Of a DNA stretch of 64,000 bases, positions 29,130 through 43,857 are shown piece after piece. A program made the translations under genes and the position numbers. The notes beneath the pieces were generated by a model, which had not been told where the DNA came from, did no database searches, and saw only the letters and a list, made by a program, of their open reading frames with translations. Origin of the DNA: Octopus vulgaris (taxonomy: Eukaryota); NCBI GenBank assembly GCA_951406725.2, contig OX597839.1, positions 39,866,001 to 39,930,000 on the forward strand, in the 5' to 3' direction. The stretch's first letter is position 1. Every line of letters begins with the position of its first letter.

Positions 29130-30191
29130 GTGTGAATGTATATATATAATATGGCCGTATGTATACATATATAGGAACATGTATATATATATATATATTT
29201 CTGTGTGTGTGTGTATGTCAGTGTGTTTTATGTATGTATTTGTGATGTATATGTATATACTTGACATCCTCTCCCGCTTTCTCCAGCAAATTTAGACAAT
29301 CCTTCCTCAATATATATTTTTTATATCTCCCCCCCCCACTACCCGCCTCCATTAAACTCAGTCCAGTTTATACACTTATCTCTTCGTCCATCTTTTTTTT
29401 TTTCCTTTATTATTACTTCATATCAAATTCCCTCCCACTTCAATCCTCTTCTTCCACAACCCACCTCCCCCTCATGCTCTCTTTATGCATCTCTTCTTTC
29501 TCCTCTTTCTTTTTTTCTTTCAATCATTATCTGATAATTGTTTACTCTATCAAGACAACATGTCTGACTTTCCCGACTTTATAATCTCACTAACAATATT
29601 TCTCCAATATTGAATATACATCGTCTGGTGCCGCCATCTTTACTCTCGTTGTTCTTGTTGTCGTGGTTATCGTTGTTCCCGTTGTTATTGTTATTGTTTC
29701 TTGTTATTGTTGTTGTTGTAGTTGGTGTTTTTGTTTCTGTTGTTATTATCATTGCTGTTGCTGTAGTTGTTGCTGTTGTTACTACTGTAACGTTCACCGT
29801 TGTTATTAATAATGCCATCATAATAATCGTGTTCATCATCATCGTCGTCGTCATGACGATCAAGAGGTTGATGTTGGTCATCATCATCATCGTCCTCCTC
29901 ATAAGCATCATCATCATCATCATCATCCTCGTCATCGTCGTTGTCGTCGTCATCATCCTCGCTGTTGTTGTTGCTCTGTTGTGGCATTTAATATCCTTTA
30001 TCATCCATCATCCTGGTTAACTAAATTACGTATACATACATACATATATACATACAAACATCTTTATACACACCGCATATATATATACACATACATATAT
30101 GTATATATAGAAACATATATATATATGTACATATATATGTATGTATATATATATGTGTGTGTATATATATATAAATGTATATATATATATG

Positions 30192-30237
<46 letters not shown>

Positions 30238-30313
30238 CATACATATGTATATATATACATATATTCATATACATATGTTTATGTTTGTATGAATGTATGT
30301 ATGTATTTATGCA

Positions 30314-30367
<54 letters not shown>

Positions 30368-30994
30368 TATGCATACACTCACACACATACACTCATACAC
30401 ATATAGGAGCACGACATAGATTCATACCTCCGACTTCGTAACCCGCTAAATACCCCGACAGTAATAATCAACTATAATAACAGAATCAATGATATATTCT
30501 GTACATACGCGGAGTAGATTATTTCTTTAAACGGACCGGTTATTTATCAATGTCACAAGTGAAAGATATTAACTAATATTTACTGATTTTACCATCGTTT
30601 GACATTCTTTGATTTTTTTCCTGGCGCATTTTTCCCTTTACGAAATGGCAAAGAGCCACAAAAATTCTTTTTAAACATTGTTCGTCCGCGTAGCATACCT
30701 TACTAGGAGAAATAAAAATGGTTCTTCGCTATGTCCCCCCCTGGGGTTTGAATTTTGAATATACAGATGAGTAAGCAGCTTAGAAATGTGTTTAGTTTGC
30801 GTAGCGCTGTTTCTCTGTTAAGCATTTTGGATTTACTGGTAATCCAAATAAACATAAATTAGGAATTTTCCCTCTGGACCTGCGTTTTAAAGAAAGCAGG
30901 GTGCTTTTTTCCCATTCCACACTTTTTATAAGAGTTTAAATTGTGTGCTTGTATATTATGTTGTGAATAAACATTGTGCGATGCATTTAAAAGC

Positions 30995-31561
<567 letters not shown>

Positions 31562-31737
31562 ATCTTTCTACCTGCCTGCCTGCTTGTCTGTCTGTCTGTC
31601 TATCTATCTATTAATTTACATATAGAATATATAGGAAAATATACATGTTTATATATGTGCGCACATATATATATGTATATGTATATATATGCATATGCAT
31701 AATTACCTACAATTACTCGCACATATATATTTTCCTA

Positions 31738-31795
<58 letters not shown>

Positions 31796-31860
31796 GCGGT
31801 GCCCCAGCATGGCCACAGTCAAATGACTGAAACAAATAAAAGAGTAAAAAGAGAATATAT

Positions 31861-31899
<39 letters not shown>

Positions 31900-31903
31900 C
31901 GTT

Positions 31904-31941
<38 letters not shown>

Positions 31942-31981
31942 TTATGATATTTATTTTTTACATTAATCTTAATCTTATTTC

Positions 31982-32026
31982 GGCCAAAGTTCTTTCGTCA
32001 CACTCCTGTAACCGCATCAGTGGTCC
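31982..32026 (-). ncRNA. Second locus of the CTGATGCG hammerhead-like family
   Basis: Near-identical to 63833-63877. The stem II change (gttac/gtgac) stays paired through a wobble; the triplet is CUU. Confidence 0.55.
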
Positions 32027-32089
32027 TTTGTTTTCTTCTCACTTATTTGTGTCTCTCCTTACTAACCGTCAGTAATATATATATATGGT

Positions 32090-32285
32090 TAGGCGGCGAG
32101 CTGGCAGAACCGTTAGCGCGATGGACAAAATGAGTAGCGGCATATCGTCTATCTTCATGTTCTGAGTTCAAATTCTGTCGAGGTCAAATCTGCCTTTCAT
32201 CCTTTCGGGGGTCGATAAAATAAGTATCAACTGAGCATTGCGTGTCGAAGTGATCGACTAACCGTCTTCCCCAAAATTTCAGGCA
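32090..32285 (+). mobile_element. SINE family A copy
   Basis: Head aggcggcgagctggcagaac plus the family core. Confidence 0.8.
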
Positions 32286-32510
32286 AACAATTGGTACACA
32301 GATATTGCTTAGAGCTGAGTGGGAACACTACCACTTATTCGAAAAATATTAAGGTCGCAGTCCGTGTGTCGATAGCCAGCTGGAGGTGATGTTTTTCTGG
32401 GGCTAAATAACAACAACATTAGTCCTAATCAGGAATGCCACTCTATGTTGGCAATTTAGCTATCGTATTGTTGTTGCATGTCTCCTGTTCTTGGTTTTGT
32501 CTCTGTGTTC

Positions 32511-32546
32511 CTTTCTGTAGAAGAGCATAGGCTCGAAACATAAAAG
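32511..32546 (+). ncRNA. Ultra-minimal hammerhead-like fold (variant core CTGTAGAA)
   Basis: cttt-CTGTAGA-a-gagc(atag)gctc-GAAA-ca-TA-aaag. Confidence 0.6.
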
Positions 32547-32636
32547 ACTTTTTCAATTCCTGAGCGTTATACTAATATATCTGTTTGTTTTCTACACCAC
32601 CTGTCTTCATCTTTTGTTTTTTTCGTGAACTCTTCC

Positions 32637-32682
<46 letters not shown>

Positions 32683-32688
32683 TGGTAT

Positions 32689-32723
<35 letters not shown>

Positions 32724-32752
32724 ACCGGATATATACCGAATATATATATGTA

Positions 32753-32809
<57 letters not shown>

Positions 32810-32814
32810 ATACT

Positions 32815-33200
32815 AGTGGAGGCGCAATGGCCCAATGGTTAGGGCAGCGGACTCGCGGTCATAGGATCACGGTTTCGATTGCCAGACCGGGCGTTGTGAG
32901 TGTTTATTGAGCGAAAACACCTAAAAGATCCACGAGGCTCCAGCAGGGGATGGTGATGATCCCTGCTGTACTCTTTCACCACAACTTTCTCTCACTCTTA
33001 CTTCCTGTTTCTGTTGTACCTGTATTTCAAAGGGCCGGCCTTGTCACTCTCTGTGTCACGCTGAATATCCCCGAGAATTACGTTAAGGGTACACGTGTCT
33101 GTGGAGTGCTCAGCCACTTACACGTTAATTTCACGAGCAGGCTGTTCCGTTGATTCGGATCAACCGGAACCCTCGTCGTCGTAACCTACGGAGTGCTTCC
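32815..33200 (+). mobile_element. SINE family C (tRNA-derived)
   Basis: Near-identical to 21515-21895. Confidence 0.85.
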
Positions 33201-33219
33201 CAAAAAATATATACATATG

Positions 33220-33365
33220 TGTAGGAGTGGCTTGCTAACCAACCACATGGTTCCGGGTTCAGTCTCACTGCGTGGCATCTTCGGCAAGTGTCTTCTGCTA
33301 TAGCCTCGGGCTGACCAATGCCTTGTGAGTGGATTTGGTAGACGGAAACTGAAAGAAGCCTGTCG

Positions 33366-33408
<43 letters not shown>

Positions 33409-33620
33409 TTGTGAGTCTGTGTTTGTCCCCTTAGCATTGCTTGACAACCGATGGTGGTGTGTTTACATCCCCGTCATTTAGCGGTTCGGCAAAAAGAAAC
33501 CGATAGAATAAGTACTGGGCTTACAAAGAATAAGTCCCGGGGTCGATTTGCTCGACTAAAAAGGCGGTGCTCCAGCATGGCCACAGTCAAATGACTGAAA
33601 CAAGTAAAAGAGAAAGAGAA
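33220..33620 (+). mobile_element. SINE family B, near full length, with internal (TA)n/(TG)n
   Basis: tRNA-like head, internal microsatellite, 3' end ggcggtgctccagcatggcc..aatgactgaaacaagtaaaagag. Confidence 0.85.
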
Positions 33621-33702
<82 letters not shown>

Positions 33703-34274
33703 GTATATATATGTATAAATGAGGAATATATTGAGAAAAGTCATAGCCTATCTACTGCCTCTTAAATTGGAATGTATTCGTTATTGGGTGAACTTGTACG
33801 TTAAAACACATGCAAGAGGAAGACGATCGTATGTTTCCCTTTCGTTCCATCTCACAAACTTAACGAAGCGTGGAGTTGCAGTGTCCGGTTTGAACTATTG
33901 TTAAGTTCCAAACTTTACCAGACAGCTAATGGATATCTTGAGCAAAAGGTATATTTAACATCTCTGACAGATTGTAGACTGGTAATCTGCAGGCACGCAC
34001 AAAGACACACAGACGCACAGACGCACAGAAACACAGACACGCGCACATCCAGGCACACACATGTACCTCTCTAACGCTCGCTCTCTCTCTATATGTATCA
34101 GACGTAAATGTATACATATGCGTACATACACACACACACACACACAAATATATATCTACACTCACACACAAACAAACATGTATATACATACACATTTATG
34201 CATGTATATGGTTTACACTTTTAGATTCGATAAAATACACTACAAATCATATACGTGCATATATGCATACATAC

Positions 34275-34331
<57 letters not shown>

Positions 34332-34503
34332 TCTAGTTGTGTGACACACACGAGCCCGTCTGACTATTAGCGTCAACGATGAGTCTACGATTTTAAAAAT
34401 ATTAACATCATTTTTATATATATATATATGTACATACATAAGAAATCAACGTCGTAAAGCGTTGTGAAGGAAACCACGTTCTTTTAGAACAACGACTTCA
34501 TAC

Positions 34504-34547
<44 letters not shown>

Positions 34548-34622
34548 CCTTATACTAATACATCTGTTTCTTGTCTACACCACCTGCCTTCGTCTTTTGT
34601 TTCTTTGTTAATTCTCCCTATA

Positions 34623-34664
<42 letters not shown>

Positions 34665-34806
34665 ATATATTTACATATATATATAATTTAAAAATAGGAT
34701 AAAAACCTTTATAAGAATTTATCAAGTAGCGTGAAAACCTCACAAGGGGAAAAAAATTATTGTTATTCCCTTTAAAGATATGTTTTTATATTAAGGGCAT
34801 TACTGT

Positions 34807-34854
<48 letters not shown>

Positions 34855-34857
34855 ATA

Positions 34858-34903
<46 letters not shown>

Positions 34904-35534
34904 TGTGTATTCATGTATGTACGTATATGATTGATAGTGTATTTTATCTACTCTAAAAGTCTATAAAGTATATTCATCTCTCTCCTGATTCGAACTTAGA
35001 ACGTAACGAGCCACATGAAATGCTGCTAAGCATTTTGTACGAAGTGCTAACATCTCTGGCAGCTCACCATAAAAACCATACTTTTTTTCTGGAAAGAAGT
35101 GACGTATTTTTTACCAGTAATATATTACAAATCCAAATTTAAGAATAAATTTTTCTGCCGCAAAGAAGACGATTAACTTAATATTTCGAGCAACAGAACT
35201 CATCATCAATAAGAAAATGAACGACAAATAGCATTTCCTGCAAAAGTATTTAGCATTTTTCCTTCTGCACAAAGAAGTCTTTACTCCTTTGTCCTCGAAA
35301 GCGTTTCTCACGGGTTTATCCTGAGCGTCCGTGCTTCTTTTCAGACGTTTGATTAGACTTTCCTCCATACGTTCTGAGTGATATAAAGCTTTTCTTTCAT
35401 TAGTCTTAGGTTTCTAAGGTGTCTGGAAAGTATTGGAAATATGTATCATAGATGATACATAGAGGCTAGGGAAATATATCCGGTGTGTCATATATAATAT
35501 ATGGATGCCATGGGAATTATGTTTTGTGCATCAC

Positions 35535-36120
35535 TTGGTTCAGTGGTTAGAGTATCGATCTCACAATCATGAGGTAGCGAGTTCGATACGCGAGCTGTGA
35601 GGTGCGTTCTTGAGCAAGACACTTTATGTTGTTCCAGTTCACTCAGTTGTAGAAATGAGTTGCGACGTCACTGGTGCCAAGCTGTATCGGCCCCTTTGCC
35701 TTTCCCTTGGATAACGTCGGTGGCATCGAAAGAGGAGGCTGGTATGCATGAGCGACTGCAGGTCTTCCATAAACAACCTTACCTCGACCTGTGCTTCAGA
35801 GGGCAACTTTCTAGCTGCAAACCTATGGCCCTTCAGAGGGCAACTTTCTAGTTGTAAACCTATGGTCCTTCAGAGGGCAACTTTCTAGTTGTAAACCTAT
35901 GGTCCTTCACAGAGCAACTTTCTAGTTGCAAACCTATGGCCCTTCAGAGGGCAACTTTCTAGGTGTAAACCTATGGCCCTTCACAGGGCAACTTTCTAGT
36001 TGCAAACCTATGGCCCTTCAGAGGGCAACTTTCTAGTTGCAAACCTATGGCCCTTCAGAGGGCAACTTACTAGGTGTAAACCTATTGTCATTCATGACCT
36101 AAGGGGGTCTTTGCCCTTTA
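35535..36120 (+). mobile_element. tRNA-derived SINE carrying an expanded internal minisatellite
   Basis: A-box ggttcagtggtt, B-box gagttcgatac and ttcttgagcaagacactt; a 37-bp array lies near the 3' end. Confidence 0.7.
35794..36089. repeat. 37-bp minisatellite, 8 copies
   Basis: Unit cttcagagggcaactttctagttgcaaacctatggcc starts at 35794, 35831 ... 36016, 36053. Confidence 0.92.
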
Positions 36121-36369
36121 CTCTTTATCACATGCTTAACACACGACAGGCAAACGGTTAAGGAAACCTTAAACTCCCGTTCTTCTTCACGACATCAAAC
36201 TTATTCCACAGTTGGAATTATCTGTGTTTACCATTGGCTTGTGGTAGCGGAAGAGTACACATCACGTGGTAGTTGAGGTAGGAGAATATTTTGTTTTAAT
36301 CAATTCAATGTCACGAACGCAATCGTGTTTCTGAAATTTGGACAGAGTAGTTTTCTTTTTTACTAGTGA

Positions 36370-37166
36370 TGGTTAGGGTTGTTGTGGAGCTGGTGTTGGC
36401 GGTGGTGGTGATAGTGGTGGAGGTGTTGGTGATGGTGATGCAGTTGTGATGGATGGTGGCGTAGTAAGATTTGATCGTTGAGGTACTGGTTGTGAAGGTG
36501 TTGGTGGTGGTGTTGATGGTGGTGGTGGTGATGGTGATGGTAGTGGTGGTGGTGTTGGTGGTGATGATGGTGATGATTGTGGTGGTGGTAGTGGTGGTGG
36601 TGGTAGTAGTGTTGGTGGTGGTGGTGGTGATGGTGGTGATGGTGGTGGTGATGGTGGTTGTGGTGATGGTAAGGATGGTGATGGTGATGATGGTGGTGGT
36701 GGTGACGGTGGTGGTGGTGACGGTGGTGGTGGTGTTCGCGGTGGTGGTCAGATTCGGGGTGGAATTCATAGCAGAAATGATATTGATGGTTTTGATAATG
36801 GTGGTGATGGTTGTTGTTGAGATGGTAGTGGTTGTGTTTGTAACAATTATATTAGCAGTAGTGGTGAAGAGATATGCTTCGGTTGTAGTATCGGCTACAG
36901 TGGTATTGGTAGTGATCGAAGTTGTGTTGGTAGCAGTTGTGGTGCCTGTGGTAGTTGGGTCCAGGGACGTGGTAGCAACGGAAATGTTTTGCTGAAGTCA
37001 ACGCATTTGTACTGTTGTTGCTGTTGCTCACTGTAGTATTAACAGTAGTAGTAGTAGTAATAGTAGTAGTAGTACCAGCAGCAGTAGTAGTTAGTTATAG
37101 TATTAGTTGTTTTAGTAGTTGTATTAGTATTGGTTGTCGTATTAGCAGTAGTAGCAGTAGTAGTAA

Positions 37167-37201
<35 letters not shown>

Positions 37202-37319
37202 ATAATAGTAGCAGTAGTAGTAATAATAATAATAATAATAGTAGTAGTAGTAGAAGCAGTAGCGGTTGTAGTGCTGCTGGCGTTGTCATATGCTTACTGT
37301 AGGGGTGTCGATAGTTGTG

Positions 37320-37366
<47 letters not shown>

Positions 37367-37414
37367 TGTTGTTGTTGTTGTCGTTGCAGTAATAGTAGAA
37401 GTAGTAGTAGTGGT

Positions 37415-37490
<76 letters not shown>

Positions 37491-37778
37491 AGTTCTAACA
37501 TTAATAGGATGAATAAGGAGAAAGGAAGAGGTAGGAACGAGGCAGAAGACGATGTGGAGGCGCAGCAGCAGCAGCAGAAGCAGCAGTAGTGATAGTAATC
37601 AGTGTAATACACATTTCTACTAAAGATAGTAGTAGTGGTGGTGGTGGTGGTGGTGGTGGTGATGGTGGTGGTGGTAGTGGTGGTGGTAGTAGTAGCAGCA
37701 GTAGTAGTAGTAGTATTAGTAGTAGTAGTGGTGGTGATGGTGTTGTTGGTGGTGGTGGTGGTAGTAGTAGCAGTAGTA

Positions 37779-37854
<76 letters not shown>

Positions 37855-37860
37855 ATGTTG
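36370..37860. repeat. Degenerate (GGT)n/(AGT)n trinucleotide field
   Basis: Seen directly. Similar fields at 52165-53000 and 60985-62870. Confidence 0.9.
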
Positions 37861-37922
37861 TTGTTCTTCCAGCTGCGATTTTTTTTTTCAAGAATTTCCG
37901 TATCATTTAATTACATAAACAC

Positions 37923-37979
<57 letters not shown>

Positions 37980-38435
37980 TTTATTTACTTATATATTTAT
38001 TTATTCATTTATTTATTTATTTATTTATTTAATCGTTTAGATTTTTTTTTTATATATTTAAAGATTTATTTCCGTGTTTTTTTTTTTGAAAATTTGTTTT
38101 TGGGGTATTTGTTACATAAGAATTGACTTGAAATGGGAGGAACTCTTACACAGCCATACTGACACACGCTTACGCGCAATCATGTATATACCTTTGTACA
38201 CACACACACACACATACTCACGCACACACACACACACTTCTACATACACATCGGGTACAATCAAATACACATACATGTTTCCGTATAAACATATTAATTG
38301 CTCACATAAATACAACCACACACACACACATACATATATATCCACATAAATGGATGCATATACAAAGTTCTTCTTATATACACATATATACCCGCACATA
38401 ATATATATGTATATACACACATATATGAATATATA

Positions 38436-38486
<51 letters not shown>

Positions 38487-38531
38487 CGTCCGTCTATATC
38501 TGTCTCCCGCTTCTTTGTACATTTATTATGT

Positions 38532-38562
<31 letters not shown>

Positions 38563-38566
38563 GCCA

Positions 38567-38629
<63 letters not shown>

Positions 38630-38731
38630 CATCCAAATATATATCACTCTCTCTCTATCTATCTATCCATCTATTCATCGATCTATGTATGTATGTATGT
38701 ATGTATGTATGTATGTATGTATGTATGTATG

Positions 38732-38767
<36 letters not shown>

Positions 38768-39067
38768 GATATGTATGTATGTATGTGTGTGTGTTCATGA
38801 ATATATATGAATATATATGTATGAGTGAGTGTGTGTGTATATGAATATATATATATACATAAATATATATATATGTATGTATATATTTGTATATATATAT
38901 ATGTATGCATGCATGCATGTATGTATGTATGTAACTATGTATGTGTATATGTATGAAAGCATGAGTGTATACAAACATACGTGTACGCATATAACGAAAC
39001 AGGTACATACTTTCAGACCCATGCATACAGAAAACCGAGTGTGTGTAAGTTTATGATTGTATGTATG

Positions 39068-39123
<56 letters not shown>

Positions 39124-39246
39124 TGTGTGTGTGTGTGTGGGTGGGTGGGTTGGTGTTTGTGATGTTATTTACGGATGCATTGATTGAGAAATACAAAGAG
39201 AGACTCAAGAAGGAGAAAAAGAAAGTGAGAATCAGAGAGAAGCAGT

Positions 39247-39303
<57 letters not shown>

Positions 39304-39321
39304 CGAGAGAGATAGATAGAT

Positions 39322-39352
<31 letters not shown>

Positions 39353-39875
39353 ACGCGTGAGAGAGAGTGATGGGGGACTGAATGGTAATATATATACAAC
39401 ATCATTAACTCTTTCACAACAAAAGCACTACTTCCACCACCGCCACCACCACCACCACCACCACCACCGCTACCACCACCACAAACACCACCACCACCAC
39501 CGCCACAGCCACCACCACCACCACCACCACCACCACCACCACCACCACCCACCACCACCACCACCGCCACCACCACAACCGCCACCGCCACCACCGCTGT
39601 TCCGTTACTATCGTATGGAAATAAAGCGAAAAATATGGCGGCCATTTTGTTTAGCGGTCTGTGATCATTTGAGCGCAGACTGAACCCGCAACCCCTCTCC
39701 CTCCAGCTATTGTGAACTCCTGAGTGCTTTTCCATGTTAGGTTTTCTCCAATGACTCTAAATAGTTGAAACGTCTGGAACAATCCCCAGTCGGTGTTTCT
39801 ACTACTATTATTTCTGTATTCTTTGTTGTAAAGCTGCTTTATATGTATACGTATGAGTATATATGCATATACGTG

Positions 39876-39930
<55 letters not shown>

Positions 39931-40528
39931 CATGGATGTGGGTATGCATGCGTGTATGTGTCTGTGTGTGTGTGTGGGTGGGGGGTTGTTGCATGCATTC
40001 GTGTGTATGTATAATCCAGAATGTGTATATTTTTAAGTAAATATGTATAATGTTAGCGTTTATATTCTTTCGTGTGGTGTGAAATCTGTGCGTGTGTTTC
40101 TATATGCCTATAATTAATGAATTAATGCAATGTGTTTGTCTGTGTGTGTGTGTGTACGTATTTGTGTATTTCTGTATGTGTACATTCATAGAAGCCCCAT
40201 GTCTATGCCCGCGTATGTGATTGTAACTTGATGCTATATGTATGTAATTCGTATATTTATTTAAATATTTACATTTCAGTACATAAGTATATGTATGTGC
40301 ATATATAGGTGTGTGTGTGTCTATGTTCTTCTATACACACACATGCACACACACACACACACACATACACATAAGCAGAAATTTATATAGACACATATGT
40401 ATGTTTGCATATTTATATATAAATATTTATAATAATAAGAAGGAATATTATTCCAAACCTACAGGGAAAAATTTAATTTAGAAATACTAAATCAAATTTC
40501 ACAAAATATAATATTATATATATATATA

Positions 40529-40893
40529 CTAGCAGTATCGCCCGGCGTTGCTCAGGTTTTAGAAATAACTATAAAGCATTTTTAGAGAGTTTAGCCACAA
40601 AAAATGGAAAAAAATTATGGTAAATTTTTTTTTGAGAGTAAAAAAGGTTGAGTTGCGTCCCTAGACAGTCTGTGGTTTGTTTTTTTTATTCTCGACCCCA
40701 TGTCGATTATCGATTTTTCAGAACTGGGGTTAACTTTTCAAAATTTTCGCTGCGTTAGTTTTGAATTATGACATTGGGCTATGTGTGTGTCAAGTTTCAT
40801 CAGAATCGGTTGAAAGCCGTGGTCAGGGTGAGGGTACGAGAAAACAGACACACAGAAACACGCACAGACAAACTGCCGTTTATATATGAGAGA
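40529..40893 (-). mobile_element. Short non-autonomous Helitron
   Basis: On the minus strand it starts with TC and ends with CTAG, inserted between A and T. Subterminal GC hairpin cctgagc-aac-gccggg; no TSD. Confidence 0.7.
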
Positions 40894-41444
40894 TATATAT
40901 TGTTATATTTCGGAATGGTCATTTTGCCAGTTTAGCCAATAAAAACACACGCACTATTTGGTGTTATTTTGCTTCATTTTTATTTATTTTTTACATTAAT
41001 CTTAATCTTATTTAGAAGAAAAAACCCACCTCTTATCAATTCAATAATGAAAAATTAAATTATAACATTTAGAAAAATTACATATTATAGAAAGGTTAAA
41101 CATAAGATAAAACATATAACAGTGATTAAGTGATGTGCAAAACTAAATAAAACGTACATATTTGGTTTTATAAATATTTATAAATAAGTATGCGTGTACA
41201 TGCTTACATGAATGCATATATGTGCGTGTGCGTATATAAACGCATATCCGTATAAGTTGTGTGCTTGTCTTCCGATGATTGCATTGGGCAGGTTTCCCTC
41301 TACAATATGTCTGTCTGTACTCTTTTTGTACAGATGTATATGTGAGCGTGCATGTATATTTGCACACACGTGCAGAGACATATGCATATTTATACGTAAA
41401 TAATACAAATATTTCGCTGTGTGGAGAAATTTTAAGAAGATAGT

Positions 41445-41845
41445 CGCAGGGGTGGCTGCGTGGTACGAAGCCTGCTTTGAAACTACATGTTTCTGGGTTC
41501 AGTCCCACTGCGTGGCACCTTGGGCAAGTGTCTTCTACCATAGCCTCGGGCCAACCAAAGCCTTGTGAGTGGATTTAGTAGACGGAAACTGAAAGAAGCC
41601 CGTCGTATATATATTTATATGTGTGTGTGTGTTTGTATGCGTGTATATGCTTGTGTGTCTGTGTTTGTCCCCCACCGTCACTTCACAAACGATGCTGGTG
41701 TGCTTACGTCCCCGTAACTTAGCGGTTCGGCAAAAGAGACCGATAGAATTAGTACTAGGCTTACAAAGAATAACTCCTGGGATTGATTTGCTCGACTAAA
41801 GGCAGTGCTCCAGCATGACTGAAACAAGTGAAAAGAGTAAAGAGT
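41445..41845 (+). mobile_element. SINE family B, near full length
   Basis: Same architecture as 33220-33620. Confidence 0.85.
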
Positions 41846-41895
41846 AATACGATTATGCTATACATATGTGTGTATTTCTGTGTGTATGAGCATGT

Positions 41896-41950
<55 letters not shown>

Positions 41951-42109
41951 TGTGTGTGTGTATGTATGCAGGTCTGTATATGTTTTGTGTAACAGAATTT
42001 TCATTTCGGGCAACGTTGTAACCACGGTCTGTTAAATTCTTCAATATTTTTTCCTACTTTTTTATGACATTGATCTAGGTAGCCAAGTGAGATTACCTTA
42101 TAACATTAA

Positions 42110-42179
<70 letters not shown>

Positions 42180-42308
42180 CAGAAGAAGAAGAAGAAGAAG
42201 AAGAAGAAAAACAAGAACAGCAAGAAAAATAACAGCAGCAACAACTAATATAATAATAACAACAATAATAATAATAAAAATAATATTAATAATAATAATA
42301 ATAATAAC

Positions 42309-42367
<59 letters not shown>

Positions 42368-42389
42368 TAATAACAATAATAATAATAAC

Positions 42390-42449
<60 letters not shown>

Positions 42450-43007
42450 TTCATTTTTTCGCCAATTTGCTGATAAAAATTCCACAATGAAATTACAGAA
42501 TGAAACGATATTTTGAATCATAAAAAAATATTTATTGCTGCAAATTTAAATTAAAACAAATTTTTCATTTGTATACTCGCAATGTATATTATCAATAACA
42601 ATAATACTGTTTAACTATCATTTTATTACAGCTATAACCTATTACTTCCTTATAAGGTAACGTGAATATTTTAGCGTGGCCAAGCAACCAACACTGAATG
42701 CTCACCGTATCGATCTGATATTTATCAAAAATATAAATGTTTGTTATAATGGTTTTTCCTTTTGCTATTCACATTATTTTAGTGTTATTTAATGCTTTGT
42801 TTTACGAAATAATTCAAATTCTGTTATACTTTTTATTGTTTTAAGTGTCTTTAAGCTCAATTCTTTCCCCAATTTGTCCATTTTCTCTTTATAGATTTTA
42901 TCTGACGCATAATTTCGACAGCCTTGTCAAAAATATATTTTCTCCTCGCTCTGCGTTTCGTTCATACTATGACAGATATAATGTTTTCTTTAAAAAAAAT
43001 GACTGAG

Positions 43008-43064
<57 letters not shown>

Positions 43065-43067
<3 letters not shown>

Positions 43068-43763
43068 CATGTAATGAAAAGAAATATTATAAGTAACTGC
43101 AGAATATGTGGAGATGGACAAGAAACAATAAATCATATTATCTCTAGCTGCCCAGTCCTGGCTAAGAAGGAATATATTCACAGACATGACAGAGTTGGAA
43201 CCTACATACATTGGAAGCTATGCCAACATTATGGAATAACAACAGAAAAAAGATGGTATAGACACACACCAGAAAAGGTCACAGAAAACGAGAAAGCAAC
43301 CATACTCTGGGATATGCCGATACACACAGATAGAGAAATTAAGGCCAACAGGCCAGATATAGTTGTCAGGGATCATGAAGAAAAAAATGCTTTCTAATTG
43401 ATGTATCAATACCGGCAGACGACAACGTGTCTCTAAAAGAAATGGAGAAACTCTCAAAATACAAAGACCTAGAAATAGAGGTAACCAGAATGTGGAATCT
43501 AAAAAACAGAAACAATTCCTATCATAGTAGGTGCATTAGGCATGAGAAAAACATATTCAGACAAATACATAACAAAAACACCAGGACTTACAAACACATA
43601 TAACATACAGAAAATTGCACTACTAGGCACTGCACACATCCTACGCAGAACACTTTCCATACAATAACCATCAGAGCATCACAACAAATCACAGCACATA
43701 CCCAAGGCACACAGAGCTACGCTCGGTAGTGATGTGGATGCACGCTATAAAAATAAAACTACG
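43065..43763 (+). mobile_element. 5'-truncated R4/Dong-type non-LTR retrotransposon (REL endonuclease end)
   Basis: CRICGDGQETINHIISSC (CCHC), YIHRHD, ILWD, RPDIVV, then frameshifted LIDVSIP. Flanked by (TAA)n on both sides. Confidence 0.88.
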
Positions 43764-43847
<84 letters not shown>

Positions 43848-43857
43848 TAATAATAAT

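Noticed and set aside
35111-35368. Cys-containing minus-strand ORF resembling a piggyBac C-terminal domain
   Set aside because: Only a short RRK..KYFCRKC similarity, with no catalytic motifs or termini seen.
35794-36089. CRISPR-like appearance of the 37-bp repeats
   Set aside because: The units abut with no unique spacers, there are no cas genes, and the context is a eukaryotic SINE.
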